Origin: Bryobacterales bacterium
GTDB taxonomy: Bacteria; Acidobacteriota; Terriglobia; Bryobacterales; UBA6623
Assembly: GCA_965248365.1 (NCBI GenBank)
Contig: CBDFJA010000004.1
Location: 662,187 to 726,186 of the forward strand
Direction: 5' to 3'
Length of the DNA: 64,000 bases
The position numbers and the translations under genes are program-made. The notes below the pieces were generated by a model that saw only the letters and a program-made list of their open reading frames with translations, searched no databases and was not told the DNA's origin. Shown here piece after piece: positions 17,936-27,020 of this stretch. Position 1 is the stretch's first letter; each line of letters opens with the position of its first letter.

Positions 17936-20908
17936 TCAGAAACTGAAGCGCAGCTGCAAACGGATCGTACGGTTCCCGGCGCCCGAGCTGCCTCGGCCAA
18001 ATCCCGCTGACGCGTTGGACTGTCCGAACAGCTGTGAGCTTAAGTTTCCGATCGGGGCAGCCGGGTTGGTCGTATTGAAAACGTTCCGAGCGGAGAGGGA
18101 AAAGGTAAGGCTGTAGCGGTGCTCGGAACTGCCGCCCCCGAAGAAATGCCCGCGGCGTCCTCCGCGTCCTCCACGGCGGCGGTGCCGAGAGCCTCCGATC
18201 ATGATCCCGTCGCCGGGCCTGCGGCCTCCGGAGGCGTCCGCCGAGGCGGACGCTTTCTTTCCGAAGCCGAACGTCCTGCTGATGCGAAAATTGATCGCGG
18301 AGTAGGAAGGCCCCTCGGCGAAGTTCCTTGCGATGACCGGGGTTCCCGGCTCGGGAGTCGGGTCGAAAACGCCGAAGCGGGTGACAATCGCGTCCGGGTC
18401 GTTCGGGTCGGTCGCCAGGGCTGGACGGTCGGTGAACATCAGGTCGGCGTTGTTGTCCCCGCCGGTGGTGATATTGAAAGGTATCCCGGAGCGCAGGATG
18501 ATGAACGGGCTGAATCGCAGCCCGGCGGGCCCGGTGATCGATCCACCCATTCCGAAGCGATGCCGGATGTCCAGGGCGGAGCGTCCATATTCGGTGCTGA
18601 GGTCGTATTGGTTAGCCGGAAAGCTGCCCACGCCGTCGGTGTCGCTCTTGGCCTTGTTCAGGGAGTAGAAGCTGAACAGCGACACGCGGGAGTGAAAGCG
18701 GGTTCGGACATTGGCAATCAATTGGTTCTGGCGCATAAACCCGGTCGTTTCGAACTGGAACAAGTCGTCACTGCCGAAAGGGCGTTCCCCGCTCCCCGGC
18801 AGGGGTGCGTTGATGTTGCGGCTGCGCAGCAAATGCACGCCGCGCGTGTGCGTATAGGTGGCAGCCGCCGTGGTGCGGCGCGGGAGCTGGCGTTCGATGC
18901 CGATGGCTGTCTGCATCAGGTAAGGGGCCCGCGCATCCGCCGCCAGCCGCCGGATGGTCTGCGGCGCCAGCAGATCGGCGAGGGTGTCGGTGGAAGGAAC
19001 GAAAGGGTAGAAGTCGGGATTGCGAACAATGTATTGCTGCTGGGTAAGACCATTGAAACGGAGCGACTGCAACGTCAGGTCCTCGGAGACGCGGTCGTAG
19101 AACATCCCGAAGCCCCCGCGGACAACCGTCTTGCCGCGGCCCGACGCCCCGGCTCGCGGAGACCAGGCCACTCCGATCCGCGGCGCGAAATTCGTCCCCC
19201 GGCTGATATTGGTTTGCGTCTCGTAGCGCAGGCCCAGGCTCAAGGAAAGGTTGGGGCGCGTGCGCCAGTCATCGAGCAGGAAAACGCCCAGATCCATCTG
19301 GTTTACTTCCGCACTAGGGTTTCCGCTGGCAATGGAGAATTGAGTGGCGCCCCCGCCGAGACTACGAATCTGCTCGCCGGTCAGTCCCTGCTGCCCGAAC
19401 AGAACCGTTCGGCGATAGCGCTCGACGGAGGTGATCGGGATCATCACGGGTTGCCCCGAGGCGTCGACCACGACCCGGTTCGTCGCGTCGAGTTCCGGGG
19501 CGAAGCCTCCGCCAAAGGTGAACGTGCCGCCGAAGTTCCGCGGCGAAAGGTCCAAAACGTCGGCTGTTCGCAGCCGCCCGCCGAACTTCAAGGTATGTTT
19601 GCCCAGCGAACGGGTCGTATAGTTTTGGATCTCCCAGCTATCGACCGTGTTTTCCGATAACCCCACCTGCGCGCCGCCGTCCTGAAACGCCTGCAGGACG
19701 TTCGTCGTGGGGATGGAGTTGTCTCCCAACCGATCAAACCGGTTTCTCCTGAACTGAAGCCGGGTTTCGTTCACCGTCTCCGCGCTGAGTACGGCCGTCT
19801 CGGTTACCTGAACGGTGTGCCCTGATCGGAGGGTGTCGTAGGCGAGAGACGGCAGGGAGAACTCTCCGACTCCCCGATCGTCAAGGTCGTCTCGGAAGTG
19901 ACGGTAACGCATCACCAGCGTGTGCTTTTGGCCCAGTTGGTAATCGAAGCGCGGGCCGATCGATGTGCGGCGCCGCGGCGTGACCACCGCTCGGCTAAAT
20001 GGGACGATCGACAGGCTGGGGTCCAAGACCGTTGCATTGACAACCGCGTTGTCGTCGATCGCCCGGCGCTGGACATCAAAAAAGAAGGAGGATTTCTTGT
20101 TGATCGGGCCGCTGAGATCGCCTCCGAAGAGCCTTGATTGGTAAGGCGCGCGGTTCGGAGCGAACGGGTTCCGGGAATTGAGGCTCTCGTCGCTAAAGGT
20201 GAGGAACGTGCTGCCTCGGAACTTGTCGCTGCCCGGTTTGGTAAACACCTCGATGCGCCCAAAGCCCAACCGATCGTATTGCGCGGAGAAGGGATCGGAA
20301 TTGATGCGGATCTCCCGAATCGAGTGTTTCGGGGGCAGGCGGGCTCCGGAAAACCCGTCGACGAAAATCTGGCCGCCGCTCGGGCCGGCCGAGGGCCCGG
20401 CGAGCGCCTGGAGGTCGGCGGCGAGATCGTCCGGGTCATCGGAGAGGGCGTCAAGATCCTCTCCCCGCAGGACGAGGGACCCCACATTGCTTTGAGGATC
20501 CACGCTGATCCCCTCCGACGACTCATCGTCCACGGTTAACTCTTGCTTCTCGAAAGAGACGCGCAAGGGGAGATCGATGGTCCGGCCGGAGCCGGCTTCG
20601 ATTTCCACCCATACTTCCTCATACGGCACATAGCCTTGGGCAACCGCGCGGACCGAGTAGCGCCCGGGGGCAAGACCGCTCACCTCGTAGGCGCCCAGGT
20701 TGTCCGCGGCGGCCGTGCGGGTATCGCCCTTCGGGCTTCTGACCAAAACCGTGGCGGCGGGAATGACGGCTCCCGTCTCGTCGAGAACACGTCCGCTGAT
20801 CGTGCCGGGTTTGGCGGGTTCCTCGGCCGCCGAGCAGGGCAGGCCGAGCAACAAGCAAACGGCGGCCCACACTATTGAGGCTCGCAAAATACGGTGGCTT
20901 TGGAACAC
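17936..20908 (-). CDS. TonB-dependent-receptor-like outer-membrane protein with carboxypeptidase-regulatory-like N-domain
   Basis: GTISGRVLDETGAVIPAATVLVRSPKGDTRTAAADNLGAYEVSGLAPGRYSV (CarboxypepD_reg), a long beta-barrel and a C-terminal ...RLQLRFSF. The start is uncertain: GTG at 20908, or up to 21028. Confidence 0.75.
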   Translation of the reverse strand: MFQSHRILRASIVWAAVCLLLGLPCSAAEEPAKPGTISGRVLDETGAVIPAATVLVRSPKGDTRTAAADNLGAYEVSGLAPGRYSVRAVAQGYVPYEEVWVEIEAGSGRTIDLPLRVSFEKQELTVDDESSEGISVDPQSNVGSLVLRGEDLDALSDDPDDLAADLQALAGPSAGPSGGQIFVDGFSGARLPPKHSIREIRINSDPFSAQYDRLGFGRIEVFTKPGSDKFRGSTFLTFSDESLNSRNPFAPNRAPYQSRLFGGDLSGPINKKSSFFFDVQRRAIDDNAVVNATVLDPSLSIVPFSRAVVTPRRRTSIGPRFDYQLGQKHTLVMRYRHFRDDLDDRGVGEFSLPSLAYDTLRSGHTVQVTETAVLSAETVNETRLQFRRNRFDRLGDNSIPTTNVLQAFQDGGAQVGLSENTVDSWEIQNYTTRSLGKHTLKFGGRLRTADVLDLSPRNFGGTFTFGGGFAPELDATNRVVVDASGQPVMIPITSVERYRRTVLFGQQGLTGEQIRSLGGGATQFSIASGNPSAEVNQMDLGVFLLDDWRTRPNLSLSLGLRYETQTNISRGTNFAPRIGVAWSPRAGASGRGKTVVRGGFGMFYDRVSEDLTLQSLRFNGLTQQQYIVRNPDFYPFVPSTDTLADLLAPQTIRRLAADARAPYLMQTAIGIERQLPRRTTAAATYTHTRGVHLLRSRNINAPLPGSGERPFGSDDLFQFETTGFMRQNQLIANVRTRFHSRVSLFSFYSLNKAKSDTDGVGSFPANQYDLSTEYGRSALDIRHRFGMGGSITGPAGLRFSPFIILRSGIPFNITTGGDNNADLMFTDRPALATDPNDPDAIVTRFGVFDPTPEPGTPVIARNFAEGPSYSAINFRISRTFGFGKKASASADASGGRRPGDGIMIGGSRHRRRGGRGGRRGHFFGGGSSEHRYSLTFSLSARNVFNTTNPAAPIGNLSSQLFGQSNASAGFGRGSSGAGNRTIRLQLRFSF

Positions 20909-21032
20909 GCGCTCAGCACGCCCCACCCCTATAGCGGGAACAGGGGTCCTGTCACCACAATTTGCGAGACTGACGAAGAGTCTGCCTATCGAATCCAGGC
21001 TTCGTGCGCGAGGGTTTGATTCATGCATGGCT

Positions 21033-22241
21033 TTACTGGGGTACGTTGACGCTCATGCTCCAGGGACCGCCCAGCGGACCCAGTGCCCCTGGGCCGGCGG
21101 CGAGTAGTGGCTCGACACCGGCTACTACCGTGATGGCTTTGATCGGCGTATCGCCCTCGCCCGTCGTGCTTGAGACGATGAGCGGCTCTCCAGGTTTCAA
21201 CTCGTCAATCGAGAATTGCGGCGCCCGCTGAAGAACCTCTTGAAAGCTCATGTTCGGACGCCGTCCGCCCATCGCGCCGGGCCTCGATCCCCCGCCCGGG
21301 CCGCCGGACCCGCCGCCCGGGGGCCGTCCGCCGCGCCCCGATCCGCCTCGGCGGAAGTTCCGCGGGGGGCCTGCCTCCCCGGAATTCGACCGCTGCAGAG
21401 CCATTCCCAAAAAGAACGCCATCCGCTCAGGTAGGCGCCGCAGGACGGATTCCTCGACAATGTGGACCGAGAAAGTCTTGCCCGTCTCGAGGTCTTTGAC
21501 TCTGACCGTGCTTTCGCCCGCCTCGACGCCTCGAACCGTCGCCGCGAAGTTGCGGAACGCCCCGGCTACAAGCTGTTCCGCCTCAATTCTCGCCCCTTCG
21601 GGATTCTCTTGGCTTTCGCCAAGTACCCAGAGCTGGTCGCCTACTTTGAGTTCCTCGAACGAGCTGGGGCGAGCCTCCTGGAAGCGAATCGACCCCGGTG
21701 CGTAGCGGCGGATTCCGGTCTCCCTCTGAACGGCAACAATCGTCGTTTTGGTTTCCCGAAGAGACTGCGCTACGAGCGTGACTTCTGTTGCCGAGGCGTC
21801 AAGCGAAGCGATTCTGCCGACCGTGCCGCGGGTTTTCCAGTCCGCGAGTTCCTGCTTCCGCTTCTGCTCCAAGTCGGCTCGGGGCATGACCAGAACCAGG
21901 CTCGCCGCCGCAGGTGGACCGCTCGTAGAGGTCGGAACCCGGGCAAGCACGCGGTCACCGAGGTTGATGTCGGCGATCCCAATCGGAACCGCGTTCGCCA
22001 GGCTCTTTTCGCCGGGAGGAACGCGCATACATCGAGTAGAGCCGTCGATCCCGACCGTTACCGCTTCCCCTTGGTCGGTTTCGACGGTGAGATTCCCCTG
22101 CTCGGCGTTCGCGGACGTCACTCGTCCGACCAAGCGGCGCTCGGCGGTCGCCGTCCCTTCCGTTGCCGATTGAGCGGCAAGGAGGGTCCCCAGAACCACC
22201 GACAGGCCCGTCGATAGAACAAGTGCTGAGCGTCTAACCAC
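21033..22241 (-). CDS. Secreted hypothetical protein with Gly/Pro/Arg-rich segment
   Basis: 402 aa. Signal peptide MVRRSALVLSTGLSVVLGTLLAAQS and a low-complexity stretch RRGGSGRGGRPPGGGSGGPGGGSRPG. Confidence 0.6.
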   Translation of the reverse strand: MVRRSALVLSTGLSVVLGTLLAAQSATEGTATAERRLVGRVTSANAEQGNLTVETDQGEAVTVGIDGSTRCMRVPPGEKSLANAVPIGIADINLGDRVLARVPTSTSGPPAAASLVLVMPRADLEQKRKQELADWKTRGTVGRIASLDASATEVTLVAQSLRETKTTIVAVQRETGIRRYAPGSIRFQEARPSSFEELKVGDQLWVLGESQENPEGARIEAEQLVAGAFRNFAATVRGVEAGESTVRVKDLETGKTFSVHIVEESVLRRLPERMAFFLGMALQRSNSGEAGPPRNFRRGGSGRGGRPPGGGSGGPGGGSRPGAMGGRRPNMSFQEVLQRAPQFSIDELKPGEPLIVSSTTGEGDTPIKAITVVAGVEPLLAAGPGALGPLGGPWSMSVNVPQ

Positions 22242-22402
22242 GGCAACCTCTCATCTCGCGACCTCTAGCATCTCGTGGTAGAACCATGACGAGGAGCGAA
22301 TTGATGGCAATCCCCGTTTTTCGCTCCTACACGACTATCGCCACAAGCTGTTGGTCTCTTCAGCATACCCGGATAACGCGAAAACAACTTTTCCGCGAGA
22401 TT

Positions 22403-22421
22403 AAGCTTTGTGAAGCTTTGT
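22403..22421 (+). promoter_or_regulatory. Tandem 10-bp-phased direct repeat AAGCTTTGT-G-AAGCTTTGT upstream of the response-regulator remnant
   Basis: Two identical 9-mers one helical turn apart, 50 nt upstream of the GTG at 22471. This is the geometry used by OmpR/PhoB-type regulators. Confidence 0.3.
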
Positions 22422-22470
22422 TTAGAAAACTTTACGGTTCGCCCTTGCCTGTCCTGCTACATTCGAGGTA

Positions 22471-22965
22471 GTGCAGGTACTGCTTATCGATGACGACGTG
22501 GAGTTGGGCGTTCTCCTCGAGAAATTTCTCAAAAAGGAAGGCTACCATCTTGACCGTGAATACGAGGGGACGCGCGGCTTAAGGCGGGCTCTGGAGGGCG
22601 CTCACGACCTTGTGGTCCTCGATGTCATGCTCCCGGGCCTGGACGGTTTTGAGATACTGCGTCAGATTCGCCGAGAGAGCCAAATCCCCATTCTGATGCT
22701 GACCGCTCGCGGAGAGGACGTAGATCGCATCGTAGGGTTGGAACTCGGCGCGGCGGCGGAAGATCTCGATAGAATCTTCGATCCTTTCTATCGTGTCAAC
22801 GGGGATCGCGATCGATCCAGTGGCGGCGTCGGGCTGGGACTTTCCATAGCGCGGCGAGCGGTGGAGCTGCACCACGGTGATCTCCGGGCGCGGAATTCGA
22901 GTCCGGGGCTGACCGTGGAAATGCGGCTTCCGGGGCTGTTGTCCGATGCGGCGACGGCTGCGTAG
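22471..22965 (+). pseudogene. In-frame chimera: OmpR-type receiver domain fused to the C-terminal HATPase_c fragment of a histidine kinase
   Basis: Residues 1-94 are a receiver domain (LLIDDD..., VVLDVMLPGLDG, LMLTARGEDVDRIVGLELGA). The sequence then jumps directly to LDRIFDPFYRV...GGVGLGLSIARRAVELHHG. The DNA-binding domain, HisKA and sensor parts are absent. Confidence 0.7.
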
Positions 22966-23099
22966 AATTGTTGAGGGGCCTCAGGGCCTCCGGTATGAGA
23001 TAACGGAGAAAACCAAAGGTCGAGGCGCCCAGAGACAGCGCAACCGGGAGCGGGATCAAGCCCGGTAAACTGATGACACGGGCGGCGCGCGGCAAGCTG

Positions 23100-23130
23100 C
23101 GACCGTCAGCTCGCGAGAAAAGCGGGCTAG
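23100..23130 (+). repeat. R1 repeat, copy f (right-terminal stub)
   Basis: GACCGTCAGCTCGCGAGAAAAGCGGG|CTAG, followed immediately by GAGG, so the junction reads CTAGGAGG. Confidence 0.6.
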
Positions 23131-23144
23131 GAGGTATACCTCTA

Positions 23145-23948
23145 ATGATGAAACCCAAACTTAAACTTTTTGGACTTGGTCTGGTTGGGGCGGCCATCCT
23201 TTCGGCCGCGAACTTTTGGGAGACGAAAGATTACACCGAGTGGAGCGCGAAGGAAGTCCGCAGAATCCTTAACAATTCTCCCTGGGCGAAAAAGGTCACC
23301 CTCAGCTTCGGGGGCATGGGTGGCCCGGGCGGACAAGGGTCTCGCGGCGGGTACGGCGGCGGAGCCGGTGGCGGCCGTGGTGGCGGCGGCGGCGGCGGAG
23401 GATTTGGCGGCGGTGGTGGCGGAGGCGGCGGTGGCGGAGGATTTGGTGGCGGTGGTGGCGGTGGCGGCGGAGCTTCCCGCGGTGGCGGCGGCTATAACCG
23501 CGCCGGTGGCGGCCGCATGCCTCCCTCCCCTGAACTTACGATTCAGTGGTCCAGCGCCCTGCCCATCAAGCGGGCCCTGATGAGAGGCCGTTTCGGCAAC
23601 GAGGCCCACACGGCCGCGGAATCCAAGCAGTTCCTTGAAAGGCGCGAGACGCACTACGTTGTCTCGGTGGCCGGGTTCTCGGGCCGTATGGCGGGCATGT
23701 CGAAGAACACGGATCGTCTCAAGGAAACCACCTCCCTGAAGCGCAAGAATAAAGATCCCATTCACCCTGAGATCGTTCAAACGCATAGGCGGGAGGAGTC
23801 TGTTACCTTGTTCGTCTCCTTCCCGCGTACCGACCCGATCGCGCTCGAAGACAAGAACGTAGAGTTCGAGATGAAGCTCGGACCGATGACGCTCAAGCGC
23901 AAGTTCAAGCTGAAAGACATGGTTTTCGACGGCAAGCTCGAGCTCTGA
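23145..23948 (+). CDS. Secreted hypothetical protein with poly-Gly tract
   Basis: An AGGAGG RBS precedes MMKPKLKLFGLGLVGAAILSA (signal peptide). Followed by NSPWAKKV and about 70 residues of G-rich sequence, including two tandem 39-bp units (23397-23474). Confidence 0.65.
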   Translation: MMKPKLKLFGLGLVGAAILSAANFWETKDYTEWSAKEVRRILNNSPWAKKVTLSFGGMGGPGGQGSRGGYGGGAGGGRGGGGGGGGFGGGGGGGGGGGGFGGGGGGGGGASRGGGGYNRAGGGRMPPSPELTIQWSSALPIKRALMRGRFGNEAHTAAESKQFLERRETHYVVSVAGFSGRMAGMSKNTDRLKETTSLKRKNKDPIHPEIVQTHRREESVTLFVSFPRTDPIALEDKNVEFEMKLGPMTLKRKFKLKDMVFDGKLEL

Positions 23949-23994
23949 GCAGTTCCGCGCTTGGGGTTGCCGAATGGAACTCACCGGTTGCCGA

Positions 23995-25227
23995 TCAAAG
24001 TTGCGCGATTTGCTCGACAGCGGACCACAAATCCAGCTGATCGACCGCGTGGCTGCGGTAGATTCCGACCGCGTCGGCTCCGCTGGCTCGCGCGCGGCGG
24101 GCGGCCTCGACCATTCGTTTCGGGTCCTGGATGCTTCCTGGGTGGTAGCAGGAAATCTCGGCGATCAGAGGGACGCGGCCGGCTATGATTTCCGCGGCCT
24201 GCTTGACGTGGCGTTCCAGCGTACCGATGTCCGAGGTCGTGCGGAACCAGACGTAAAACTCGTCGATCAATCCCTCCTCGACCCAGCGAGGCAAGTCCTG
24301 GCCGACTTTGATGTAATCCTCCCGGTCGCGGTCAATCACCGTTACCGATAGGAGCGCCCGCGGAAACTTATCCTTCAGCCTCTGCCGCAACTCCCGTAGG
24401 CATGTCGTGACCTGGTCCGCGCGGAACTGCACCCAACCAGGATCGTTGTTGGCCAGCTTAAGGGGACTCTTCCCGAACTTCTCCCGATATGCGGCGACCA
24501 TCGGCTGCTCGTAACCGAAGATCGCCACGCCATCCTCATCCTTATTCTCGGAAATGAACTCTACTTGAACACCGTCTCCGCCGGTGTTTTCGAGCAGCGA
24601 CAAGTACTGTCTGTTTTCATAAGCGCGTACCTCGGGCACGGCTAGGCTCATGACGCGCTTTCGGCCGACGTCGAGCTCCTTGGTTAGCTGACGGTCGAGA
24701 GCCCACCACTCGGGATGCTGCTTGGCGAATTCGCTCACCCCTGCTGAATAGCGCCGATGGGCCCAGATGGGGCGATGGTGATCTAGGATGTCCTTGGCTT
24801 CGGGCGTCCCTATAGGCGGCCCAACGTAGTTGACGGACCAGGTGTACCTCACGTTCTTTCGACCATAAGAGTTGAAAGCCAGATACGGATGGACCTCGAT
24901 GTTCTTTTCGCGAGCGGCTTCGACCAGCACGCGCGACCCGGTCCACGGGAAGAGCCTCGTCACTCCGTGGTCGGCGCATTTCCGGACGAAATCCCTGACC
25001 TTCTTTTCGTCCCCGGGTTCGGTGGGGTCAATGAGCCCTCCTTTGTCGCACCACAGGGGGAATCCGATCTTCTTGCCCGCCGTACTCGGTATCGGTGGCT
25101 GCGCGGCTGAAGCGGCGTTGCCCGCCGCGGCGGCGGTCAGAGAAAGCGTACCGCCAAGGAACGTCCTGCGGCTTACGCTCGCAGACCGGGGGTTGTTGTC
25201 TTGCTCGGGATTTTCCATTTCGCTCAC
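23995..25227 (-). CDS. Tat-exported TIM-barrel glycosidase-like protein
   Basis: 410 aa with a twin-arginine signal SVSRRTFLGGTLSLTAAAAG. The family was not determined. Confidence 0.5.
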   Translation of the reverse strand: MSEMENPEQDNNPRSASVSRRTFLGGTLSLTAAAAGNAASAAQPPIPSTAGKKIGFPLWCDKGGLIDPTEPGDEKKVRDFVRKCADHGVTRLFPWTGSRVLVEAAREKNIEVHPYLAFNSYGRKNVRYTWSVNYVGPPIGTPEAKDILDHHRPIWAHRRYSAGVSEFAKQHPEWWALDRQLTKELDVGRKRVMSLAVPEVRAYENRQYLSLLENTGGDGVQVEFISENKDEDGVAIFGYEQPMVAAYREKFGKSPLKLANNDPGWVQFRADQVTTCLRELRQRLKDKFPRALLSVTVIDRDREDYIKVGQDLPRWVEEGLIDEFYVWFRTTSDIGTLERHVKQAAEIIAGRVPLIAEISCYHPGSIQDPKRMVEAARRARASGADAVGIYRSHAVDQLDLWSAVEQIAQL

Positions 25228-25354
25228 CTACCGAGGGGATTGTACGCCCCCAACCAGCCGGAGAGCAATGGCCGCCCGGCCAGGTGGAAGCCAATGCACG
25301 CACGACAGGCCCACGAAAATAGCTGTGTTCGCCAGGTGGAGTTAGCCTTTCTTG

Positions 25355-25395
25355 TTGACAGGCACCTACAATTTATGATTATATCATCTTATAAT
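25355..25395 (+). promoter_or_regulatory. Promoter-like AT-rich block with palindrome
   Basis: TTGACA (25355-25360) followed after 17-19 nt by ATTATATC. The palindrome ATGAT-TAT-ATCAT overlaps it, and a second TATAAT lies at 25390-25395. Local GC is far below the window average. Confidence 0.35.
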
Positions 25396-25516
25396 AAGCT
25401 TACAGATAGGAGTTTAGGAGAAAAGTTAAAATGACAAACAATAGTTTTTCGGGGAAGCGTCTTCGTGGAAAGATTCTTTTTTTGGAGATCAACCAGAACT
25501 CCGCGACTGTTCGACT

Positions 25517-25927
25517 TTGTTGAAGTATGAGGTGGACCATAACCTTACGTCAAAACGTTCTCCTGGATTGCCGGGGGGATACCTAGAGCTGGAGGGGGGA
25601 GCGATGTATGATCTTCACGGCCAGTTCCTCTATAGTGACAAGCCAGACTTGGGCGTATACGTTAACGGGGAACGTGGTAGACCCTCCCACTTTCCTGTCG
25701 GTCCTCACCGCAAGGCCTTCTTCTACTACGATACGCCGGAGGTCCGCGAACACAACCGCTTTATCCAGATTGATCAAGCGTTTAGCGGACGGCCGCAGTC
25801 GCCCTCGGCACTCCGAGAGACCGTCAGGCGGAATTCGTCTAACGAGAGCGAATTTCGAGAGCGTCTTCGAGCCTTGGAACGCGCCGCGCAGGTCCTGTCT
25901 CGGTGCGGGAATGGTTCCAAGCGTTAG
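25517..25927 (+). CDS. Orphan hypothetical protein in a low-GC islet
   Basis: 136 codons from a TTG start. It is preceded by a 30-codon ATG ORF (25431-25523) with a good RBS in another frame, so this is either a frameshifted single gene or a leader peptide plus a gene. Confidence 0.3.
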   Translation: MLKYEVDHNLTSKRSPGLPGGYLELEGGAMYDLHGQFLYSDKPDLGVYVNGERGRPSHFPVGPHRKAFFYYDTPEVREHNRFIQIDQAFSGRPQSPSALRETVRRNSSNESEFRERLRALERAAQVLSRCGNGSKR

Positions 25928-26180
25928 CGGGAGGAGAAGCCTTTTCTCGCCCCTCGCCTGGGAGAAGGATGACACAGGGGCCAGCCTCCTTCCCACCCCG
26001 AGTCGAGGCCGATCGTTCATCGCGCCACGGAGACACTTGACACGCTCGCTATTCTGAAGGAGGAGACCACGAGCCCGGCACGACGCTCGACGGGCGAATT
26101 AAGAAAAAGCGAAACCAACCCAATTTCGCGGAACCGACTTGTAGTCAATGGGTTACGGTGGTCCGGGAGCGGGGGGCTGA

Positions 26181-26240
26181 CTAGCCTGCATTTCTCGCCA
26201 CCTTCGAGGCGAAGTTCGTGATAGGCCTCGCCGTTGAACC
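26181..26240 (+). repeat. R1 repeat, copy g (left arm only)
   Basis: CTAG|CCTGCATTTCTCGCCACCTTCGAGGCGAAGTTCGTGATAGGCC... Confidence 0.65.
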
Positions 26241-26252
26241 TGGGCAGTGATC

Positions 26253-26894
26253 TCAGCTTTGGGAAACCTTCGACAGACTCTCGAGGCTTTCGGTGTGTGC
26301 CGACTGACCATGGTTTTCCGGCGCTGGCAGGCTTAGACGCAAGCGGATCTCCTCGTAGATTCGCGGGATCGGGCGGTTCGCGTCTATGGTGATCAGTATT
26401 TCCTTTTTGCGGTAGAGATCCAGAAGCGGTTGCGTCTTTTCGTGGTATTCACGGAGTCGGGTGGTCAGCGCCTCGGGGTCGTCGTCAACCCGCTTCGTGA
26501 AGCGGCTACCCTCCCCGACCCTGGCCCGATGCATGACTCGCCCGGACACCACTTCGTCGGGGATGTCGAGGTAGATCACCTTGTCCAGGTTCCAGTTCTC
26601 GAAAAGATACTCCGCCTGCCGCTGGGTTCGCGGAAAACCGTCGAGCGCAAACCCGTAGTTCCAGTCATGCTCTTCGAGGCGCTTGCGCACGATTTGTTCG
26701 ACAATGTCGTCGGGAACCAGAAGTCCTTGCTCGGTGATGCGACGGATTCTCGCCGCCAGCTTGGTGTGGTTTCGAACGTGCCGGCGGAAGATTTCACCGA
26801 TCGAGATGTGGACGAAGTCGTAATCGCGGCAAAGTAGCTCGCTTTGGGTGCCTTTGCCGCAGCCCTGCGGTCCGCAGACAACGTATTTATGCAT
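26253..26894 (-). CDS. adk: Adenylate kinase
   Basis: P-loop GPQGCGKGTQ, GEIFR, and LLVPDDIV...DGFPRT motifs. The start is MHKYVV, or 26924. Confidence 0.8.
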   Translation of the reverse strand: MHKYVVCGPQGCGKGTQSELLCRDYDFVHISIGEIFRRHVRNHTKLAARIRRITEQGLLVPDDIVEQIVRKRLEEHDWNYGFALDGFPRTQRQAEYLFENWNLDKVIYLDIPDEVVSGRVMHRARVGEGSRFTKRVDDDPEALTTRLREYHEKTQPLLDLYRKKEILITIDANRPIPRIYEEIRLRLSLPAPENHGQSAHTESLESLSKVSQS

Positions 26895-27020
26895 CGGATT
26901 CGACGGTTCCGCCTCTACGGTCATTATCGATCCGGCGCCGATAGAACTTGAGCCCGCCGGCCCGGTTCTTCGGATGCAAGCCGGCGCTTCCGCGTAAGCG
27001 CTACGGAATGGCTGACGCAG

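Noticed and set aside
18119-19660. A 513-aa plus-strand ORF, and similar long ORFs antisense to real genes (2099-2884, 16070-17095, 13996-14751, 39101-40123, 53356-54021, 57876-58997, 62911-63540).
   Set aside because: Each lies entirely within, and opposite to or out of frame with, a gene that has clear family motifs. Their translations are low-complexity Arg/Gly/Ala/Pro-rich, as expected in high-GC DNA.
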